This document shows, in pieces, positions 47,327 through 58,873 of a stretch of DNA of 64,000 bases. This DNA comes from Oikopleura dioica. Lineage: Eukaryota > Animalia > Chordata. The stretch is from contig OU015569.1 of assembly GCA_907165135.1 (NCBI GenBank), forward strand, positions 372,001 through 436,000, given 5' to 3'. The position numbers were made by a program, and so were the translations under genes. The notes below the pieces were generated by a model. The model saw only the letters and a list, made by a program, of their open reading frames with translations, ran no database searches and was not told the DNA's origin. The stretch's first letter is position 1; each line of letters begins with the position of its first letter.

Positions 47327-48539
47327 GTCTTTCCCAGTTCTTCTATCGTTCAACTTAATTTCTTCAATTTCTTTTATTCCTTCCAGAGATTGACCTTTCT
47401 TGTTTTTGCGAGTTGATTTTTTCTCCGGGTTTTTTCAGTTTTATAATTTAAAATTCTATTCTTTTCGTTCACATGTCAAAAAAACGACCCTGGAAAATTT
47501 CAACCGCTGTATTTTTTTTATCACAATTACGAACTTACACACTTTCCGCTACGATTCTTATTTTAAACAGACACGGTATTCTAGAGTCTCTGTGACCAAT
47601 CGACAGTACACTTTATTTTTACTATCATTCATGTTCAATGTCCGGTGAATTTTACTGTGCAATTCTCCAATTCTAGCTGAAGTTGACCCACTTTTCTTAC
47701 CTTCCGCTGGGCCCCCTTTTTTCTTCAACTTAACCTCTTGCCATTTTCGAGCGGTTTAACCCGTTGTGCGCGGCGCTTTCCTCCACGCAAACGGGTTAAA
47801 AATACGGGCTGGTGGCACGAAGCGTCAAAAAGTTTGTCTGTGTGGCTATTTGACTGCTGATTGGCCGGTTCGCTGAGTAAAGGTTTCTTATTGGCTTTAA
47901 GTTTTTGGCCAATCAAAAGCCTGTGTTCTGTCTACCGGCTAATAAGCAGCCAAATAGCCATACATGCAAATTCTATCGCTTCGTTCCTTCAATTCTCAAG
48001 AAATTCATGCTCAACTCCGCACAGACAAAGCAAAATGACAAATTTCCGCAACTGTATTACTATTCAACATTCGTATTTCCACAAAACCACTTCTCAATCT
48101 AACCATTCATCTATTTCAGAACTTATGAGAAAAGCGCTTCGCGACAGGAAGAGTGCTCCAGCTCCAGTTGAAAGAGGAATCTACTGAGAAACTGGAACTC
48201 CGGTCCGGAGTTGAGCAAAAAATGGAAAGTGAAGAGCGGAAAAAGCCGGCTCCAGCCAAACATTCCAGCGCCGAAAAATGGAGCAGGTTCAGGCGAAGAC
48301 GAAGAAAACGACAGGAACCGCGAAGAATCATCGGAAAAGCTTCAGGCGAAGAAGACTCAGAAAATGACGACGGAAACGATCGGAAAAACTCCTTTACCCG
48401 ATTATGCGAGGAAACAATCCTCTGCTGCTCTATATTATTCAATGAACCATTACACCTTTTACACTATTACACTATTTTTTTAAACTCAAGACTCTTTTCA
48501 ACCTTTTCTTGTTTTCAGAAACCGGATAAAACTCAAAAG

Positions 48540-49255
48540 ATGCCACCAAAGTTCGATCCCACCGCCATCGTCGAGGTCTACCTCCGAGTTGTTGGTGGCG
48601 AAGTCGGTGCCACTTCCGCCCTTGCCCCAAAGATCGGTCCCCTCGGTCTCTCCCCAAAGAAGATCGGTGACGACATCTGCAAGGCCACTGGCGACTGGAA
48701 GGGTCTCAAGATCACTGTCAAGCTCACCATCCAGAACCGACAGGCTCAGGTAACCCTTCATCCTCTTCCTTCTTCTCGTTTTGATGGCCAAGACCGCGGG
48801 GCGGTGCCCGTTTAAAGCAAAGAACTTGTCGGGATCCGCTAAGGAGGTGGACTCACCTGCGTAGCTTTTCATGGTCGAGGAGGAGCTTGTAGCTTCACTG
48901 AATAAGTTCGAACGATTCTAGGTCTCCGTCGTCCCCTCCGCCTCCTCGATGATCATCAAGGCCCTCAAGGAGCCCCTCCGAGACAGAAAGAAGGTCAAGA
49001 ACAGTAAGTCCCCCTCTTTCTATTCCTTCCGCTAATCGCAACTGCTCAGTCCAGCACAACGGTAACATCACCATGGACGACATCATCAACTGCGCTCGAA
49101 TCATGCGACCACGATCTGGCGCCCGGGACCTTTCCGGCACCATCCGAGAAATCCTCGGCACTGCCCAGTCCGTTGGATGCACCGTCGACGGCTCCGACCC
49201 ACACGATCTCATCGAACAGATCCGGGCCGGCGAACTTGATGTTCCTCTTGAATAA
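48540..49255 (+). CDS. RPL12: 60S ribosomal protein L12 (uL11), 3 exons (48540-48749, 48922-49003, 49050-49255)
   Basis: MPPKFDP...[28 protein letters not shown]...[18 protein letters not shown]|[18 protein letters not shown]...[14 protein letters not shown]. Confidence 0.98.
48781..48862 (+). promoter_or_regulatory. Intronic RNA element resembling the 28S rRNA GTPase-associated centre (H42-H44), candidate RPL12 autoregulatory site
   Basis: GTCGGGATCCGCTAAGGAG matches eukaryotic LSU GUCGGAAUCCGCUAAGGAG 18/19, ACTCACCTGC matches 10/10, and AGACCGCGGGGCGGTGCCC matches AGACAGCAGGACGGUGGCC 15/19, all in collinear order. The rRNA reference is from memory of the human/yeast sequence. Confidence 0.8.
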
Positions 49256-49536
49256 ATACTGTAGCTTGAGTTGAGCAACAAAAAATCAATCTTTGGAGAA
49301 TCTTCGTTTTGCTTACGATCATTCTCTTCCTTGTTTTCATGTGCTTATTTGCAGGGCCAGATGAGTAGTTTTATTGCGTATTTACAGGGCATTACAGTAA
49401 CAGTTATTGCTTGTGCCAATAAACGGGCTCAGAAATGATGGCAAAATCGTAGCTATGCCGGCGGACGTGGCTCTTATCCGACTTCAGCAGCGGACTTCTT
49501 GGCAAAAGTCCCTTCGGATATCTGATCCAGTATATT

Positions 49537-51684
49537 TTAATGGATACTAATTATCGTACTGCATCTGGGACCGTTCCTGTAAGATTCGCGCACTCTTCCA
49601 AAGAAGCGACAAAAGCTAGTTGCGAACCAGTCCAAAGTGCTCAAAATCGTTGCTAGAATCAGATTTGTAAGCAAGGGAATTCGAATTGCTAGTACTGACC
49701 TAGACTAACGCCAAGAACAAGTCCAGCTGAGCCACCTACATCTCCCATGAATTGCTCCCACTCTAGTTACTGTAAGAAAAGAGCGAAGCGCATAACGACT
49801 CACCGTAATCTGGTACTTCTTGATTCACATGTTCGAGCACTTCTGGAATGTAGAGAACAGCCGAGGCCATCGTATCGAATTTGATCCCACCTTGCTGCAG
49901 CATTTCTCGTCCGTTTTTGTACTCTCTTCATTCAAAAAGTACAGTAAGACGAATTTCGATACAGTCAAATTTACATACCCGTACTGGACGAATTGCCCTT
50001 CCGGGATCTTTTCTGAGCAAGGATTGAGACAGTCGCACCTGTTTTCCCGGTTTGACTCGGCTGTTCTTGACGGGTGAATTATGAACTTGACAAACCGTAA
50101 CTGGGATTGTTGAAGCCTTTGACGATTTTGGCGACGCATGTGGCTTGATCTTGAACGCTGCATCTGCGCAGCTCTTTCTTTATCGCGTCATTCTCGCCAC
50201 GCAGGTAGTTCATCGTGCAATTGCAAGTGTTCTCCACCGTGTCTGCCAGACACTCGAACTTGCAGTGCCCTTTCGTGCTGGGCTCGGCAACCTGTGTAGA
50301 AAACCTGAGTCAGGCTCTGAAGGAACTGAAATGAGAAGCCGCAAAGAGTTCTTCAGACCCTGAATCAGGTTTTCTACACAGGTTGCCGAGCCCAGCTTTC
50401 GTGTAGTTCAGGAAGCGCCTTAGTGGGTGGCTTTTCTCGTCCTCGAAAAGAATTGTTCGAAAAAAGAGGGTGATGGGATCAGTTACTTGGCAAATGGAAT
50501 AAGGCTCTCCCAGCAGTTGCTTGTGGGTTTGTTTGAGAGCGACGATGGGAACTGAACTTGGCGACATGGTGACCGAGCGAATCGTCGCGATCGTCCGGTC
50601 GTTGATGTCTAGAGCGGTTGTTGAAGAAGGGGGATAGTTTTGTTTTACCAGAGTAGTAAAGAGAAAGGCCGGTTAGAAAATGCAAGTAGCCGATTGAAGC
50701 GTCCGATTGATTAAACGCGGCGACGAGCGAAAGAGTCAGCTCCTGACCACTTTGCTCGAAGCTCTCGCCAAGGACGAGCTCGTCGGGATCGAAGCTCTTG
50801 CACTTGCCGTACTTGGTGTTTTCGACTTTCCACGAGTTCGTGCAGCGCGTATCGCCAAATTTACAACCTTCAAAGGTCCACTTTCTTAAAATCAAAACAG
50901 AAATGTACCAATGATTTCGAAGTCGAGGGCAGTTTTGTCGAGAAATTCATCGTAGCTGATATTTTTCACGCTTTCGAAGAGATCTGATTCTTTGTATTTT
51001 GCCCCGCTGGTACTGTACAAAACTGGGCTCGGCAAACTGAGTAGAAAACCTGAGTCAGGCTCAGGAAGAGCTAAAATGAAAAGCCGCGTTGCAGCTTTTT
51101 CGCGGCTTCCTTTTAAAAAGCCGCTACGCGGCTTTTCACTTTAGCTCTTCCAGAGCCTGACTCAGGTTTTCTACTCAGGTTGCCGAGCCCTGGTACAAAA
51201 GTCGCATGGCGCCGGAAGAGTTGGAAAGTTCGGGATAGAAAAGACGCATTTTGGACAAACTGTGCATTCCGTTTGGGCAAATTATGATCCTCGGAAAAGG
51301 CATGTTCGAAGCGCGACTATACGAAGCAGACGAGTGGTCTTTAGAAAGTTAGAACTTTTAAAGAAAAGGAGCTTGTCTTTCTTTGTTTGAATCAGCTGAT
51401 AACTTTATCGAATCTGGGCTTGATCGAGGAGCGGTATTCAAAGTAGACAAGGCAGTTTTTGTAAATGCTCTGGAAAATCAGTTTTTGAACTGAAAAATTC
51501 ATAAATTGAACCTTGGTCGAGTAAATGATCCCTCCAGCGAAGAAAACTAGCCAAATTAATTTTCGCAGGCAGCCAACATTCGTGCCAATTATTTGCGAAC
51601 AGCCTTAAAAAAGACCTGATTACACATCATCTAGAATAAGGGCTTCCACCGGACTTTTCTCTCAAAGTTAACCCAAGCAGACAT
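49537..51684 (-). CDS. DEG/ENaC/ASIC-family sodium channel; 5' end uncertain
   Basis: TM1 RKLIWLVFFAGGIIY, MPFPRIIICPN, TKYGKCKSF, GEPYSIC, CKFECLADTVENTCNC, CDCLNPC, pre-TM2 QFMGDVGGSAGLVLGVSL. Confidence 0.88.
50278..50395. mobile_element. Family A MITE inside DEG/ENaC coding sequence, TSD CTTTCGTG
   Basis: Perfect 8-bp TSD; splits NYTK|GHCKFEC. Confidence 0.9.
51023..51192. mobile_element. Family A MITE inside DEG/ENaC coding sequence, TSD GTACAAAA
   Basis: Perfect 8-bp TSD. Confidence 0.9.
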
Positions 51685-54600
51685 CCTTATTCTATGTTTT
51701 TAACGAATAAGGGTATCACTTTGTTAAGTCTCGAACGAAAAGTCAGAGAAAAACACTGATTCTTGATCTCTAGATCTAAGGGTATCACTAAGCAAAAATT
51801 GAGATTCATGCTCCAAATATTCAATTCTAGCTTTACCCTTATTGTCCTTTGTCCCCTTAAGGGTGTCAACAACGATTTCGCCAACGATAATTCGATCGTT
51901 GTTGACACCCTTAAAGGGACAATAAGGGTAAGGCTAGAATTGAATATTTTGAATTTGAATCTCTATTTTTGCTTACTAAAGTGATGCCCTTATTTCTACC
52001 TGTAGGAAGCTCTCCAATCTCTTGCTGCTTCATTCTTACTCAAAAAATATTCTCAACTCGAGTCTGATCCGACTGTAACTGACTGTAAGTGAAAGTGTTA
52101 ACGAGAAAATATAATATTAATTAAGTTTCGCTAAGTAATCTCTTAGCTCAATCGTATACAGTCGAATTGAAAACGATTCTTATTTATTTACGAAGCAGTA
52201 GCAAGAAAGGCCACGGAGCAAGGCATTAGCGAGTCTAGATCAGAATTTCTCTTCTTCGAGTTTTGCACCCAGTTGAGCTCACGAGTTCACGTGAAAAAGA
52301 ATATAATAACGCAAAGTCAAGGGCATTCGTTTTTATTCATTTCGAATAGAGCAGATTTCTTCCTTTAGTCATCGTTTTCAAGAAGAAAAAATGGTCATTT
52401 TTTACTTGATTTCAGAAATTTTGAAAAGTGAAATCAAGGAAGAGTCCTTTCTGGGCTCGGCAACCTGTGTAGAAAACCTGAGTCAGGGTCTGAAAGAACT
52501 GAAATAAAAAGCCGCGGAGCGGCTTTTAAAACGCCAGAATTTTTGATAGATTGTAATGCTCCGCGGCTTTTCATTTCAGTTCTTTCAGACCCTGACTCAG
52601 GTTTTCAACACAGGTTGCCGAGTCCAAAGTTAAGGATTAGGGTCTCCTGTGTAGAAAACCTGAGTCAGGGTCCTGAATGATCTTCCTTGCAGCGGCTTTT
52701 CGTTGAAGATTATTCGGAACCCTGACTCAGGTTTTCTGCAGAGGTTAGGGTTAGGCTTTGAGAAATCAATTTTGAAGGGCAAAATCAAATTTTTATTTCC
52801 ATTTCTATTTGGGAGGCATTCCAAGCTTAAAAACTAATGAATTGATAGATTTAAAACTAAATAATCAGCTTTGAAATGAAATATACAGGAGAGCAGATGG
52901 CTGCGCTGCCAGTTCAAGGAGCTTCAGTTCAAGCATTCGCCTTGATCTCCATTCCGAATGCTGTATTCAATTTGTTCAAATTGAGCTCCAGTTTCCCGCT
53001 TTTGACGAGTTGGGAAGCTGGCGCCGGGATTTTTGTTTGTCGAGACGAAATTTATGGTCTGGCCGGGCGTCGCAATCAAAGAAGCCCAATTGTCAATTGC
53101 CCTCTTTTTCTTTTCCGGAAACTCGTAAAACTCCCTTTTTCCTTTTCATCCCCTAATCTTGGTATTCAAATCTGACAAGCGCCCTTATCCTCAGTTTCTC
53201 AAAGAACTCGCCACGTCGAAATCCTCGCTTTGGAAAGTGGCGATTTTCATCATCGCGTCGCTGATTGACATTCCGGATGCGAAAATGAAGCATCGCAGGT
53301 GCAGCTTATTCCTTTTCCCGGCTGTTGACTTCCGCCCTCCCCGCGCGCGCCCATGTATTCAGCCAGCATCTTTTTTTAAACAAAACCTTTTTCGCGATTT
53401 TAAGGAAATTAGCAAAAATTGACGGCGATTCGGAACGCACCTGCTTACGAATTATTTCTAATGCGATTAACGCGGCTACAAATGACTCAACATAAATAAG
53501 GGGCTGAGTCAGGTTCTGAAGAGCTAAAATGAAAAGCCGCGCAGCGGCTTTTTAAACGAAGCCGCAAAGCGGCTTCGCTAATTTAACCATTACAAAGTAT
53601 CAAAAATGTGCCTTCGTTTAAAAAAGCCGCTATGCGGCTTTTCACTAAATTTTAGCTCACTTTTACCTTTGGCAGTAGCGGTAAAAGTCCGTTGATTTAG
53701 TGAAAATTAGCCGAATTGGCGGCGTTTTCGCCTCGCACCTGGTAGCGAGTGACAATCGCGACCGCAAGACCTGGACCGCCGATAACTTAACCGAGTTAAT
53801 CCCAAAGAGAGAGAGAGCTACGATGGCTTCTTCTTTCTTAGATAAAATAAAAATCGAAACGGATTACCGCCAAATTGAGCCGCTGAAATGCGCGATTGGG
53901 CGGAAGCAACAAAGTTCAAAAAGGAGAAAATGATAATTTTGGAATAAAGAGACTTAGCCAAGCCAAGTCCTAGACAGTAAGGGCTTCCCTGGGCTCGGCA
54001 ACCTGTGTGGAAAACGTGAGTCAGGTCCTAAAGAGCTGAAATGAAAAGCCGCGTAGCGGCTTTTAAAAACGAAGCCGCAAAGCGGCTTCGCTAATACTAC
54101 CAAAAAATCTATCGAAAATTCTGGCGAAGCCGCTTCGCGGCTTCGTTTTTAAAAGCTGCTGCGCGGCTTTTCATTTCAGCTCTTTTAGACCCTGAGTCAG
54201 GCTTTCTACGCAAGTTGCCGAGCACAGCAAGGACGAAAAAGCCGAGCTTGACTCTCAGGGCTACCCAGTTGCAACCAGTAGCCCCCTGTTTTTAACAGGG
54301 AGCTGAACAGGCTGTGGGCACTCGTAAATGCCAGATGCGCGATGGCCTTTGTTTGGGCACACACGCTCTTTCCGAAACGCGCGGAGGGCATCATGGAGGA
54401 AATCATCCCGAGTGGCCGTTTTTTTGTTGCTCGCTTCTTTTTGGGCACATCTTTTTCAAACACTCGAGCGCTGGCTGAAGGGTCCTTCCAGCAGAGCGAA
54501 TCCAATTGTGTCGGAATGTTGCGGAAATAAGCGCTTGATAGCGCCATCAAGTGCTCATCACTTCAACAAATCGGAGCCCAAGCAAAAATATATCAAGTGT

Positions 54601-54944
54601 AAAAATCGACAGGTGGCTTCTTTTTCTTCATCCCTTCTGCGATTTTTTGCTCGAGAAGAAAATCGATCACTTGGGGAAAAAGTTGGGGATTATCTCGCTC
54701 GAGAACATCTGCCACTTTTTTCTTCCCCCTTTTTCGCCGATTTCACTTGAGCAAAGTCGGGCTACGCGCCAGCGCACATCAAAATACAAAATTTTCAGCG
54801 AAGCTGAAATTTTTCAAGCCCTTTTAAAAAATTTGGGGTCCCCATTTTAACGGTTTTTTCCCCTAAAATTCTTACGTAACAAAATTTCTGAAAGAAAAAC
54901 CGTTAAATTGGGGACCATCTTAAGGGGATACCACATCAAATAAT

Positions 54945-55470
54945 AAATTTCAAATAAGGGTGTCACCATTTTATAGCGCCAAAATTTCTAAATGGAAAAT
55001 TGAGATTAGCGCTATACACCCCCTTAAAATTTTTCTCGATAAGCCTTTTATTTAAAGTTTAAATAAGGGTGTCACCATGTTAAAACAGTGCAAAAATTAT
55101 ATAAGAGAATCTGGGTTAGCGCTATACACCCCTTAAATTTTAAGGGGATATCATATCAAATAACAAATTTTGAATAAGGGTGTCACCAGCTTAAAGCGCC
55201 AAAATTTCTAAATAGAAAATTAAGGTTAGCGCTATACACCCCTTAAATTTCTCTCGATAAGCCTTTTATTTAAAGTTTAAATAAGGGTGTCACCATGTTA
55301 AAAAACTGCAAAAATTATGTAAGGCAATCGGGGTTAGCGCTATACACCCCTTAACTTTTAAGGGTATATCATTTCAAATAACAAATATTAAATAAGGGTG
55401 TTACCACCTAAAAGCGCCAAAATTTCTAAATGGAAAATTGAGGTTAGCGCTATACACCCCCTTAAAATTT
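54945..55470 (+). repeat. ~220-bp tandem repeat (about 2.3 units), each unit a dimer of AATAAGGGTGTCACC...TTAGCGCTATACACCCC
   Basis: Sub-repeats recur about every 110 bp; alternate sub-units are more alike. Confidence 0.8.
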
Positions 55471-58400
55471 TGTTTTCAAAAGAAGAGCGGCGTGAGAAAA
55501 TGAAAATGAGCGCGAATTTCGAATTATTGCAGGCTGGGAGGATTGTTTCACTAATGCGCTGTTTTGGGCACAAACCGGCGGCCTTATCCACCGAGAGCCT
55601 GCCCTCGATTAGATCAAACGCATTTGGAATAATTGGAGCTGTCAAACACAAAATTCACCTTTTGATGAAGCCATAATTGTCGCGCTCCCCTGCCAAAATT
55701 TTATTCAAATTATTATTTTTCTTCTCGATCCAATTTCAATTCAAATTTCAATTTCCTCTTCGTCTAAATTATATATTTGGGCTCGGCAACCTGTGTAGAA
55801 AGCCTGAGTCAGGGTCTGTAAGAACTGAGATGAAAAGCGCGCAGCGGCTTTTTTAAAATTGAAGCCGCTAATATTGAAATTACAATATATCGAAAATTCC
55901 GGCGAAGCCGCTCTGCGGCTTCATTCTTAAAAGCCGCTTTGCGGCTTTTCATTTCAGTTCTTTCAGACCTTGACTTAGGTTTTCTACACAGGTTGCCGAG
56001 TATAATTATTAATTAGTTAATTATTGAATATTAATTTATTCAATAATTAATTAATAATTTATAATTGATAATCATTTAATTAATTATTGAATAAAATAAA
56101 GCTTTTCTCCATAAAATTGGACTCGCTGGTTGTGTTTTTGGAGAAGAGTGTGCCAAGACGATAATAATATTCGCCCCGATTAAAAATTTATTTGATTTTA
56201 TATTGGGACTGGTAATAAGTGCCCGCCGCATTAGTAGATGGCGAATTCACTCAGATCAATTATTAAAAAGACGCGCTTTCAAGCCAGCTTACTTTCTTTT
56301 CAAAACACTTTTGATCTCGAATTTTGGAGCATTAATTAGACACACTCATTTTTAAACTCGCTTTGTTTCTCGCTTGCCCAAAATTGTCGGTTAAAATCGA
56401 CAAAATAGGTCCTAAATTGACAATTAGACTCTGAAATCAATTTTAGCGAAATTCTAGCGCCAGAATTATCCAACCAATCAGCCAGGAAGATTTAGGAGAA
56501 GGTTGTTTTTACAGTCGAAAAATTCCGACGAAAAAATTACGAAAGCGGAGAAGCCCAAAAGTAAGCCGCCCTGGAAAAATATCGCAGCGTGAATAATAAC
56601 TCGAAATAGAAGTGAGGCGAGGAAAACCAGCGAGTCCCAATGTGGGAACCCAACCCGTGAACGGTGAAAAAGTCAGCTCAGAGGACATTTGGAGGTGGAC
56701 TCAAGCGGAAACCGTGAAGTTTCATGCCCTGCCAAGCTGAGTTTGGCAACCTATGATTCATAGGCTATGAAAAAACCTGAGTCAGGTTTTGAAGAGCTTC
56801 GAAACATGACGAATAAAGGGTGTCCCCAACGATAACTCAAAGTTAACCATGTTTTGGATAAATCTTTGGGGACACCCTTAACGTCTAATATTTTGTCAAA
56901 AGCTCTTCAAAACCTGACTCAGGTTTTCTACTCAGGTTTTCTACTCAGGTTTTTGAGCTCCGCTGAGGATAAAGCGTTACTGTAACTAGAACCGGCTAGA
57001 TGTCGTTTTGTTGGGAAAGGTGGAAGTGGAGAAATATGCGAATGAATAATATTCATTTTTTTATTTCAACAAATGTGTCGGTTGAAGACTTTTAGAAGCT
57101 AATCATGAAGAAATAGTCGAATTGAGAATGAAAATTTGGCAATTATTTCGAAGCCAATTAGTTATTGCTCGGCTAACGAGCCTGGAAAGCGAGCTTGAAT
57201 GTCGAGAAATGTCTCTTTTTGGACATTTTGTTGGTCCCGGTCCGTCTGTAGAGCGGGAGCGGTTTTGATCAAAATCCAATTACGCGGGGTCGAGTGGCCC
57301 GCTCGTCCCAAATCGGCCAGAAAACGCGAGGCTCGGCGGGCGAGCTCTGATCCTCCCTCGCCAGCTGCCTCCTTCCGAAAGCGATTTTACGCTGCTCGTT
57401 TCAGAACTGCTCCTGTCGCGACTCCACCAAGCAAAAGAAAATGTATACAAGCAATCTGACACGCGGATCCGTTACGCGCTCTTTCATCCCCATTTCACCT
57501 TCCCATGACTCGCTTTTTCTTTCTTGATTCTTGTGTAGACACAAAACCACTCGGCTACAACCTAGCAAAAACACTGATTCTTAAAACAACACTCTAGCTA
57601 GGCTCAGCAATCTGTGAAGAAAACCTGAGTCAGGGTCTGAAAGAGCTTTAATGATCCTTTCAGACCCTGACTCAGGTTTTCTCATTGAAAGCTTAGTTTG
57701 AAAATTGACAGTTTGTTTAGTCATTTTAGCCAATTTTAGTCAAGTAAGAAGATTTGAATCCTGGGCTCAGGAACCTGTGTAGAAAACCTGAGTCAGGGTG
57801 AGAAAGCGGCTTTCATACCCTGACTCAGGTTTTCTACACAGGTTGCTCAGCCGAGAATTCAAGTCTTCTTACTTGACTAAAATTCGCTAAAAATGGCTAA
57901 ACAAACTGTCAATTTTAAACCAACCTTTTGATGAGAGTTAACCTAGTGACACCCTTATTTTAATTTTTCAACATAAAATTTCTGTCCTTAGGGTTAGGGT
58001 TAGTAAATCATATGTCAAAGTTATAGCTATGGTTGGGCCAAAGTTGTGAATTAAAAAATCAAGAAATAAGGGTATCACTATGTTAACTCTCGAAGTTTTT
58101 CTTTTTCTAATAAAAATCTATTTTTAGCGAATTAGAAATGCAATATTCATAAAAAGATGGCTCAATAATCCGGCCTTCTGTTTCTTTCTATTTCTGGCTG
58201 AGATGTTTGCTGTTACAGTGAGTTACAGTAGCAGACGGGCCAGCAATAGAATGGAACATTGACTAAGTGATTAATAATGAATGGAACTGTTTCCAAGTTG
58301 AGATACGGCGATTTTGTCGTTGAAATCGATTTCGGCCTAAAAACGGTTCCTGCGGTGGCGGCCCCCTCTTTCGATAAATTGCCAATTTTGATTTTGTTTT

Positions 58401-58873
58401 CAGGAAATTCAAGAATCAATAAGCCCCATTCAAACCAGCGGGACACTTTCCCACTCGCCTCGGGGCAACAATCTTCAGATTCGCAATCACCATCTCAGAT
58501 TATCAACAAAAAAACAATCTTCCTCTTTTTGCCGTTGCTTAAAATTAAGGGTGTCCCCCATCAAAATCCGAATTTTCAAGAAATCCAAAAATCGCGACCA
58601 ATTGAGCGTCAATAAGCCAGTTGATGATAAGGCTTATCACTTTCATTCTTCAAGAAAATGAAATTCCCTTCCGGCTTGTTTTTCCGAAGCGTTCGTTTTC
58701 TGAGCTTCGCCTTTTAGAACCTGCTTGAGCAGAGCTGCTCAGGCGCGAAAAATATAAAGAAAGAAAAGAACGGAATTTTTTCAAACGAGTGATCAAAAAG
58801 TAGAAAAGAAGGGGCGAATTTGCTCACTCTTGCAAAACCCGGTTCAGAACCTAGGCTAGGAAAAGTTTACATG

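Noticed and set aside
48153-48815. 220-aa N-terminally extended RPL12 ORF
   Set aside because: The conserved protein starts at MPPKFDP (48540), right after an acceptor-like TTTTCAG. The upstream part is probably a separate small gene or chance openness.
48750-48921. Box C/D or H/ACA snoRNA in the RPL12 intron
   Set aside because: Only a degenerate C box (TGATGG) and a CTGA are present, with no convincing terminal stem or long antisense guide and no 3' ACA. The sense-strand match to the LSU GAC explains the sequence better. Not fully excluded.
57989-58005. Interstitial telomere or chromosome-fusion site
   Set aside because: Only 2-3 TTAGGG units, embedded in a MITE.
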